DNA of 64,000 bases from Thermodesulfobacteriota bacterium (GTDB lineage Bacteria; Desulfobacterota; Desulfobacteria; Desulfobacterales; SURF-7): the NCBI GenBank assembly GCA_049320885.1, contig JBMORA010000009.1, positions 64,001 to 128,000 of the forward strand, in the 5' to 3' direction. The notes beneath the pieces are model-generated. The model did no database searches, was not told the DNA's origin, and was given only the letters and a program-made list of their open reading frames with translations. Below are positions 57,094-64,000 of this stretch, in pieces. A program made the translations under genes and the position numbers. Positions within the stretch are counted from its first letter, which is position 1. The number at the start of each line of letters is the position of its first letter.

Positions 57094-59112
57094 ATGGAGA
57101 ATACGAATACGGAAAGTCAAGCCCCATCCGAGCCGGAAGACCTCGGGATGACGGTGGCGCAATACTTTTTGACCATCTTTCGTCTGCATTTGAAAGCCTC
57201 TCCATACGCGCAGACGGAATGCCGGCTGCTAGGGGCGGCCGGTGCGAAGAACAACCGCCGGACCTACGAGCTGAGAATCCAACAGGAAGAGGAATGGAAA
57301 ACCCGCCGGATGACCATCATGCCCCTGGGCGAGGGCAGCGGCAGTAAAAGCAAATGTTTTTACGTTATCTACGATGATCACCTGGTGGTGAAGATCCCGC
57401 CGGTTCCCATCACGGACTTTTCAAAATATATCGGCTTTATCCAGGTGGAGCAACGGATCGCCGTTCGCCTGGCGCCGCGGGTCTGCATTACACCGAGTGT
57501 TTCCGTTATCATGCAGCATGCTTTTCCACTCCCGGAAGACGAAAACGAAACCCTTTCACCGGAAGAATCCGAGGCCGCTTACGTGAAATGGCTGGCCGAC
57601 AATCCCGATGCCCAGTCCCATCTGAAAATCAACGGCGGTTTTGTTTTTTTCATGGATCTGGCCAGATATTTCATCCTGGCCGATGTACTCGACAGCCTGC
57701 GGGGAAGAACCCGGGATTCGATGGAGGACGAGATCACGAAAAATTCCGGCGTACTGTTCGATATCCATAATTTCGAGGGTCGGTACGGGCACGGCACCGG
57801 CCGCATCGGAGAAGCCCTTGCCGCGGTTTACAGTGAATACGAAAAGCGGTTGCGGAACCTGCTGGAAGGCGCGCGGATTACCGTATCGAAGATCCAGTAT
57901 AAATTTCAGGAATGGTTTTCCGCTCATTTGGCCGGCGCCGTCATCGATGAAACGAAGGAGCAATCCGTTTCCGTTGACATCATTCCGGCCATGAACCGGC
58001 TGATCAAAACGGTTTTGGAGGAGAACGGGGAGGCGGTGGGCGCCTATAGGGAGTTGATCCGCCGTTTCCTGATGAAAAAAAGCTTTTCCCAGAGCCGGAC
58101 CCAGATATCCAGCATCATAAACAATATAATGGATCTGCTGGCCTATCTGGGTCGAAAGCGCGTGGCCATGCGGGATTTCAAGCCGGACAATGTGCTGGTG
58201 GCGGGGGATCCGGGACGCTACCCGAATTTTCTGTCATCGCCGGACGCATTTTTTCTCGGGTTGATTGACGTTGAGACCGCCATCATCATCGATCCGCAAA
58301 AGGATACGCCCCTGCCGCAGCCGCGTCTCGGCGGAACCCCGCTGTTTTCAACACCGTCGCAACTGGTGACCAACGAGCTTCTCGCCCAGGCGTTTGGCGA
58401 CGTTTCCCGGATTTTTTTCCTGCAGGACTGGTACGCGGCCATGGTGATGATGTACAAGGTGGTGACCGATGAAAATCTGTTTGTGCAGACGGCGAAAACC
58501 CTGCCGGGAATTATCCGCACGATTCAAAAAGCGGCCAGGGAAAAGCGGTTCACCATCGAGGTGGTGGAGGCGGTCAGCGCTTCCTTCTGGAAGAGCGCCG
58601 TTGCCGAATACCGACAGCATGTGGCCCAGCGGGAAAAAATGTTGCGGGCTGTGGAGACGGTGGTTCCCAGAACCGCAAACGCATTGATGATGGAAATTTT
58701 TCAGGAGGAAAAAGAGCGCAGCGAAACCCGAATCCGCAACCGTATCGCGGTCCAGACGTATTATAAAACGGAAAAAAATCAGGAACAGTTGTGGAAAGCC
58801 TCCGCCCAGCAGGTTGAGAGCCTGTTGTTGAATATGACGGAGTCCGACCCGAAGACCGAGGAACAGCACACAACGGAAAGCAGGCGCTGTTTCCTGACGG
58901 CGCTGCTCGCGGAAAAAAGCCACATCGCCAGATGCCAGGATTACATCGAGCGCTTCCGCAACAATGAACCCATCCGTTTCGATGGGTTCGAGCTGCTGAA
59001 TATTTTTTTCAATTGTGTCTACCGGCGGATGTATCCGGAATCATGGGGCGCTGTTCATGCCGGTCCCCTCCTTGATCTGCCGGCCCCAATTGCGGCGAAC
59101 CAATCACATTGA
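57094..59112 (+). CDS. Atypical protein-kinase-fold protein
   Basis: GEGSGS..VVK, RDFKPDN, LIDVE, GGTP...P, QDWYA. Confidence 0.75.
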   Translation: MENTNTESQAPSEPEDLGMTVAQYFLTIFRLHLKASPYAQTECRLLGAAGAKNNRRTYELRIQQEEEWKTRRMTIMPLGEGSGSKSKCFYVIYDDHLVVKIPPVPITDFSKYIGFIQVEQRIAVRLAPRVCITPSVSVIMQHAFPLPEDENETLSPEESEAAYVKWLADNPDAQSHLKINGGFVFFMDLARYFILADVLDSLRGRTRDSMEDEITKNSGVLFDIHNFEGRYGHGTGRIGEALAAVYSEYEKRLRNLLEGARITVSKIQYKFQEWFSAHLAGAVIDETKEQSVSVDIIPAMNRLIKTVLEENGEAVGAYRELIRRFLMKKSFSQSRTQISSIINNIMDLLAYLGRKRVAMRDFKPDNVLVAGDPGRYPNFLSSPDAFFLGLIDVETAIIIDPQKDTPLPQPRLGGTPLFSTPSQLVTNELLAQAFGDVSRIFFLQDWYAAMVMMYKVVTDENLFVQTAKTLPGIIRTIQKAAREKRFTIEVVEAVSASFWKSAVAEYRQHVAQREKMLRAVETVVPRTANALMMEIFQEEKERSETRIRNRIAVQTYYKTEKNQEQLWKASAQQVESLLLNMTESDPKTEEQHTTESRRCFLTALLAEKSHIARCQDYIERFRNNEPIRFDGFELLNIFFNCVYRRMYPESWGAVHAGPLLDLPAPIAANQSH

Positions 59113-59137
59113 CAAGCCCCGGAATTTTTACTATAGG
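59109..59137 (+). promoter_or_regulatory. Sigma70 promoter of the Co/Ni uptake operon
   Basis: TTGACA-17-TATAGG. Confidence 0.6.
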
Positions 59138-59195
59138 ATGTCGCATAATCGCGGGCTGAAGTCCGACTGTAAAATCCGATTGTCCAGATAATCTG

Positions 59196-59257
59196 AAACC
59201 ACGATGGATACCGCATGCCACGAAGGCGTGATCGTTTCCCGTGGTTTTTTTGTTTTT
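59196..59257 (+). terminator. Leader terminator/attenuator upstream of the Co/Ni operon
   Basis: AAACCACG...CGTGGTTT stem with inner CATGCC/GGCGTG pairing, followed by T-tracts. Confidence 0.65.
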
Positions 59258-59277
59258 ACGGCTGGAGGAGGCCTTTC

Positions 59278-60051
59278 ATGAAACAATTTATTATCGTTGC
59301 CTGTGTATTTGGTTTTTTTTGTTGTTACACCAGCAGTGTTTCCGCGCACTTCGGCATGGTCATTCCCAGCGACACGATGGTCATGCAGGAAGACAAGCGC
59401 AGTATTGATCTGACCCTTTCCTTTTCGCACCCCTTCGAGGGGATCGGCATGGAGCTGGTGAAACCCGCCCAGTTCGGCGTCATGACGGCTGGAAAGAAGA
59501 CCGACCTCCTGCCGCAGTTGAAAAAAACGGCGGTGATGGGTCACGGCGCGTGGCAGCTCGCGTATCCGATGAAGCGACCCGGGGTTTACATGTTCTATAT
59601 GGAACCGGCGCCGTATTGGGAACCCGCGGAAGACTGCTATATCATCCATTATACCAAAACCGTAGTCACCGCTTTCGGCGACGATGGGGGCTGGGACGCG
59701 GAAATCGGACTGAAGACGGAAATCGTGCCGTTGGCCAGGCCTTTCGGGCTGTATGCCGGAAACACCTTTCAGGGGGTGGTGAAGGTGGATGGAAAGCCGG
59801 TTCCCTATGCCGATGTGGAAATCGAATACTACAACAAGGATGGGAAAGCCAAGGCACCCACGGAGTACATGATCGCCCAGGCCGTCAAAGCCGACGCGAG
59901 CGGCGTGTTTACCTATGCAACGCCGGCGGAAGGCTGGTGGGGGTTTGCCGCCCTGAACACGGCCGACAAAAAAATAGCACATGAAGGCCAGGACAAGGAG
60001 GTTGAAATCGGTGCCGTCCTCTGGGTATATTTTCATGAATGGGGCTACTGA
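59278..60051 (+). CDS. DUF4198 periplasmic Ni/Co uptake-associated protein
   Basis: Signal peptide ending [31 protein letters not shown]. Confidence 0.85.
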   Translation: MKQFIIVACVFGFFCCYTSSVSAHFGMVIPSDTMVMQEDKRSIDLTLSFSHPFEGIGMELVKPAQFGVMTAGKKTDLLPQLKKTAVMGHGAWQLAYPMKRPGVYMFYMEPAPYWEPAEDCYIIHYTKTVVTAFGDDGGWDAEIGLKTEIVPLARPFGLYAGNTFQGVVKVDGKPVPYADVEIEYYNKDGKAKAPTEYMIAQAVKADASGVFTYATPAEGWWGFAALNTADKKIAHEGQDKEVEIGAVLWVYFHEWGY

Positions 60052-60121
60052 TCGGAAAAGCAAGGTGGCTGGCCCGAAATGGACCATATAATTATTTTGT
60101 CCTGACATTCAAGGGGTTGCA

Positions 60122-60760
60122 ATGCATATCTCGGAAGGAGTGTTATCCGCGCCGGTCCTGATTGCCGGCGCGGCCATCACCGCCGCGGGCACTGCCGTGG
60201 GGTTGAAGCATCTCGATTACGACCGGATCGCCCAGGTCGGCATGCTGTCCGCCGCCTTTTTTGTCGCCTCCCTGATTCAGTTCAACATCGGGCCGGCGAG
60301 CGTCCATTTGGTCATGAACGGAATCGTGGGGCTGATGCTCGGCTGGGCGGCTTTCCCGGCCATACTCGTGGCGCTTGTTCTGCAGGCCTTTTTTTTTCAA
60401 TTCGGCGGAATTACGGCCCTGGGCGTCAATACGGTCAACATGGCGCTTCCCCCGGTGATCTGTTACTATGTCTTCCGGGGCTTGATTTGGAAAACCCGGC
60501 CGGTGGCCGCCGCCGCCGCCTTTGCTTGCGGATTTCTGTCGGTGGGCCTGTCGGCCCTTCTGTTGGGCCTGTCGCTTCTGTTCACGGAAGAAAATTTCCT
60601 TGAAGTCGCGGGGCTTATTATCACCGCCAATCTCCCGGTGATGACCATCGAGGGTGTGGTCACGGTATTTTGCGTGGGCTTTCTGAAAAAGGTCGATCCC
60701 TCCTTGCTGCCGGGGTTTGGAACAGCAGCGGCGGGCGGGAGTGGAAACGGCGCCGAATAA
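60122..60760 (+). CDS. cbiM: Co/Ni ECF transporter S component
   Basis: MHISEG N-terminus; FFVAS, SVHL, GGITALGVN. Confidence 0.93.
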   Translation: MHISEGVLSAPVLIAGAAITAAGTAVGLKHLDYDRIAQVGMLSAAFFVASLIQFNIGPASVHLVMNGIVGLMLGWAAFPAILVALVLQAFFFQFGGITALGVNTVNMALPPVICYYVFRGLIWKTRPVAAAAAFACGFLSVGLSALLLGLSLLFTEENFLEVAGLIITANLPVMTIEGVVTVFCVGFLKKVDPSLLPGFGTAAAGGSGNGAE

Positions 60761-60779
60761 GGAGGACGGGATTTTGTCA

Positions 60780-61421
60780 ATGGATATACTGCAATCGATA
60801 CCAAAGCGATACCGCGCGGCGGCTGTCGTCATCATGATCGCCGCCATGGTTTTTTCCCCGGGCAGGGCCTCCGCGCATCGGGTAACCGTGTTTGCCTGGA
60901 TCGAAGGCAAGACGGTTCATACGGAAAGCAAGTTCAGCGGCGGCCGCGCCCCGAAAGATTCCCTGGTGGAGGTTTTCGATCTTCAAGACCATAAGCTGCT
61001 GGAAGGCCGGACCGATGAAAACGGTGCCTTTTCCTTTACACCCCCCGAATGGAAGGCCATGAAAATTGTCCTGACAGCCGGGCAGGGGCACCGGGGCGAT
61101 TGGACATTCACCGAGCAGGATCTGCAGGCGGAAGGCGTTCTCCATACCCCGGCGAGCGTGCCGGCATCCCCGGCGGAGCCGCCATCGGCTATATCGGAAA
61201 ATGCCGACTCCGGGAGCGGCGGGGCCGGTGATAAAGAGAGTATCGAAGCCATTGTTGAGCGGGCCCTGGACAAAAAAATGGCCCCCCTGTTGCGGGAGCT
61301 TAAAAAACTGGAACAGGCCGGATCGGAACCGCGATTCAGGGATGTCATGGGGGGCATCGGCTACATTTTGGGCATCGTGGGGGTGGCGGCCTATTTCCGT
61401 TCCCGTCGCAAAGCAGGATAA
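60780..61421 (+). CDS. CbiL/NikL-like accessory membrane protein
   Basis: ASA-HRV..FAW, GQGH, DVMGGIGYILG C-terminal TM. Confidence 0.75.
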   Translation: MDILQSIPKRYRAAAVVIMIAAMVFSPGRASAHRVTVFAWIEGKTVHTESKFSGGRAPKDSLVEVFDLQDHKLLEGRTDENGAFSFTPPEWKAMKIVLTAGQGHRGDWTFTEQDLQAEGVLHTPASVPASPAEPPSAISENADSGSGGAGDKESIEAIVERALDKKMAPLLRELKKLEQAGSEPRFRDVMGGIGYILGIVGVAAYFRSRRKAG

Positions 61422-61432
61422 GCGTATCAGCC

Positions 61433-62188
61433 ATGATTGAGGAACCTTTTGCCACCGGAAGGGGCTGGATTCACCGCCTGGATCCCACTGTGAAAATCAT
61501 CGCCGGGATGATATTGTCCATGGAAATCGCCGTGGCGGAGCGGTTTTCAACCCTGACCACCGCCGGCCTGCTTGCCGCCTTGCTCATTCTGACGGCAAGA
61601 CTGCCGCTTGCGCCTGTACTCAAACGGCTGTCGGTTCTGGCCGGATTCATGCTGCTCATGTGGGGGATCCTCCCGTTGACCTACGAGGGGGAACCGTTCC
61701 ATCAATACGGCCCGTTGATCTGGACCCGCCCCGGCATCATGTTGTCAACCCGGATCACCCTGAAATCCGTGACCATCCTCATGATTTTCATGGCCCTTCT
61801 ATCCACAATGCCCATTGCCGCCCTGGGACGCGGACTCAATCGTCTCCGTGTGCCGGACAAGCTGGTATTTCTGTTTCTGATGACCTACCGGTATATTTTC
61901 GTCATGGAGGATGAATACCGTCGCCTGGCCAGGGCCGCCAAGATCAGGGGGTTCCGGCCCGGAACCAACCTGCATTCCTATCAAACCTATGCCTATCTGA
62001 TCGGCATGCTGTTCGTGCGCGCCAAACGAAGAGCCGACCGTGTTTATCAGGCCATGCGATGCCGTGGATTCAGCGGGAAATTCCATACCATTCAGACCCT
62101 GCAGTCGAATCCGGCCCTGCAGCTCATTTTTTCCGTCGCGATGCTATCCGCGGGGGTCCTGCTCGGCGGTGTCGAGTGGGTACTGTAA
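61433..62188 (+). CDS. cbiQ: ECF transporter T component
   Basis: LDP..K, RYI, AAKIRGF, AMRCRGF. Confidence 0.92.
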   Translation: MIEEPFATGRGWIHRLDPTVKIIAGMILSMEIAVAERFSTLTTAGLLAALLILTARLPLAPVLKRLSVLAGFMLLMWGILPLTYEGEPFHQYGPLIWTRPGIMLSTRITLKSVTILMIFMALLSTMPIAALGRGLNRLRVPDKLVFLFLMTYRYIFVMEDEYRRLARAAKIRGFRPGTNLHSYQTYAYLIGMLFVRAKRRADRVYQAMRCRGFSGKFHTIQTLQSNPALQLIFSVAMLSAGVLLGGVEWVL

Positions 62189-62413
62189 CCGGATACTTCG
62201 TGAGCCCTGGGAGCCAGCCGGTTTGCCGGTTCCACCACCGGCATGCGACAACGAGTGCCGGATGCGATCGCCTTTCACTTGATCTTGATCCGGTTCCGGC
62301 GTATAGACTGGCCGTAGCGGCGCGGTCTCGTGGTTCCGGCGGTTTCATGGCGCCTGCTGTGGTGATCTGGAAAAGGATCGGGATGCAGGCCATACGGAGG
62401 ATACGGTTGCGAC

Positions 62414-63142
62414 ATGGGTTCACACCAGCCCCTCATACAACTTGAAGGCATTTGTTATGGATATCCGGGCCAGGGGGAGGTCCTGAGCGGGCTGGATCTG
62501 TTCGTCCATCCCGGCGACCGGATCGGCCTGGTGGCGCCCAACGGCAGCGGGAAAACGACCCTGTTTCATATCATCATGGGGCTGCTGAAACCCTCCGCCG
62601 GCTCCATCACCTTGTTCGGCAATCCAATCAAACGGGAGCGGGATTTCGCGGAAATCCGCCACCGCATCGGCCTGCTGTTCCAGGATGCCGACGATCAGTT
62701 GTTCAGCCCCACCGTGCTGGAGGATGTGGCCTTCGGGCCGCTCAATATGGGCAAATCCAAGGAAGAGGCCATCGAGATTTCGTGCAAGACCCTTGAACGG
62801 TTAGGCTTGGGAGGTTTCGAGGACCGCATCACCTACAAGCTGTCCGGAGGGGAAAAACGCATGGTGGCCCTGGCGACCATCCTTGCCATGTCGCCGGCCG
62901 TTCTACTGCTGGACGAACCCACCAGCGGGCTGGACGACCAAACCAAGAACCGCTTGAAGGATATCCTGCTGTCCCTGGATCTCGCCTACATTCTCATATC
63001 CCATGAATTCGAATTCCTGGCGGCGACCACCCACAAAATTTTCACCATGGAAAGCGGACGGATTCTCACGGACCAGGAAATTCAGGTCCACCGCCACGAA
63101 CATGCCCACCTGCACGGCAAGCAGCCGCACCGGCATATGTAA
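62414..63142 (+). CDS. cbiO: ECF transporter ATPase with His-rich tail
   Basis: PNGSGKT, FQDADDQLF, LSGGEK, LLLDEPT. Confidence 0.92.
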   Translation: MGSHQPLIQLEGICYGYPGQGEVLSGLDLFVHPGDRIGLVAPNGSGKTTLFHIIMGLLKPSAGSITLFGNPIKRERDFAEIRHRIGLLFQDADDQLFSPTVLEDVAFGPLNMGKSKEEAIEISCKTLERLGLGGFEDRITYKLSGGEKRMVALATILAMSPAVLLLDEPTSGLDDQTKNRLKDILLSLDLAYILISHEFEFLAATTHKIFTMESGRILTDQEIQVHRHEHAHLHGKQPHRHM

Positions 63143-63143
63143 C

Positions 63144-63169
63144 CGGCGGGAGCGGTTTTTTCCCCGCCG
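63144..63169. terminator. Hairpin between convergent cbiO and rsgA
   Basis: CGGCGGG...CCCGCCG. Confidence 0.45.
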
Positions 63170-63191
63170 ATGGGATCTTCCAGCCGGATGG

Positions 63192-63998
63192 TCATCGCTT
63201 CATTGTCTTTTTTGCTGTCTTGAGGAAGCGTCCGAAGGCCCTGTCCTTTTTTCGTTTTTCCAGGTAGGACATCTCGTAGTGTTCCGACTCTTTCCGGAGT
63301 TTCAAATAATTGAAATAGCGTTCTTCACTCAACTCGCCGCTGGTGATTGCGGAAAGAACGGCGCAGCCCGATTCATGCGTGTGGCTGCAATCGGCATAGC
63401 GGCAAGCCATGGAAAGAGCGATAATATCGTCAAACTCTTTGGCTACCCCTTCACTGGCGCCCAGCAGGCCTACTTCTCTCATTCCAGGGGTGTCAATGAT
63501 AACGCCTGTTTCAAGGACAAGGAGCTGTCGCCGCGCCGTCGTGTGGGTACCTTCCCCTGTTCCGCTGACAGCCTTGGTATCCAGATCGTCCCGCCCAAGC
63601 AGATGATTGATCAGGGTCGTCTTGCCGACTCCGGATGACCCGAGCAGGCAATAGGTTCGTCCGGGTAGGAATACCTGGCGAAATTCGTCAAAGCCGCTGC
63701 CGGTCAGGTTGCTGATCGCCATAACCCTGGCCGTGATGCCGGCCTGTCTGATCGCCGCAAGCTTCTGTTGCAGCTCGTCATGGGTGATCAGGTCTGTTTT
63801 GGTAAGAATGACAATCGGCTCAACATGGCCGTCAGCCGCCATCACCAAATACCGATTCAGCCTGGGCAAATTGAAGTCAAAATGACATGCCTGGACAATG
63901 AAAGCGATATCCATGTTGGCGGCGATCATCTGGTAGTCCACTTCCACGCCGGCACGTTTCCGGCGTAAGAATGTCCTTCGTGGAAAGACCCCATGGAT
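63192..63998 (-). CDS. rsgA: Ribosome small subunit-dependent GTPase A, 5'-truncated by window edge
   Basis: TKTD, GSSGVGKT, HTT, DTPG, CRYADCSHTHESGC; frame open to window end. Confidence 0.93.
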   Translation of the reverse strand: MHGVFPRRTFLRRKRAGVEVDYQMIAANMDIAFIVQACHFDFNLPRLNRYLVMAADGHVEPIVILTKTDLITHDELQQKLAAIRQAGITARVMAISNLTGSGFDEFRQVFLPGRTYCLLGSSGVGKTTLINHLLGRDDLDTKAVSGTGEGTHTTARRQLLVLETGVIIDTPGMREVGLLGASEGVAKEFDDIIALSMACRYADCSHTHESGCAVLSAITSGELSEERYFNYLKLRKESEHYEMSYLEKRKKDRAFGRFLKTAKKTMKR

Positions 63999-64000
63999 GA

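Noticed and set aside
59138..59191. 17-aa leader peptide MSHNRGLKSDCKIRLSR
   Set aside because: Its ATG abuts the predicted -10 box, upstream of the likely TSS, and has no RBS
1..64000. CRISPR array, tRNA/rRNA, transposase, integron integrase
   Set aside because: None recognised by eye; tRNAscan and CRISPR tools were not run

Overview
64 kb of a moderately GC-rich anaerobic deltaproteobacterial chromosome (gene content suggests Desulfobacterales-like; this is inference). About 58 CDS. Housekeeping genes: ispG-proS-rel, rpmB, trxA-trxB-bamD, mtgA, cysC, rsgA. Operons and modules: glgP-glgA-glgB plus a hybrid kinase; a GAF-ANTAR regulator with its dual-hairpin/terminator RNA target ahead of a stand-alone FMN-binding glutamate-synthase-like gene; a 2-hydroxyacyl-CoA dehydratase/activator/SDR operon; a DUF4349 envelope operon; a Co/Ni ECF uptake operon with a structured, terminator-bearing leader. 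Accessory DNA at about 4.5-6.3 kb contains a broken hicBA pair, a well-formed integron attC site and an AT-rich nhaA gene cassette, with no integrase in the window. The most unusual items are a secreted ceramidase co-transcribed with a divergent Lgt paralogue, several sigma54 promoter/enhancer modules driving a 37-aa ORF and a probably dead MBL-fold protein, a KaiC-like pseudo-ATPase-XRE-cupin regulator, an HDAC11-like deacylase and a split protein kinase. No rRNA, tRNA, CRISPR array or transposase was recognised. All calls are by eye from motifs; no database searches were run.
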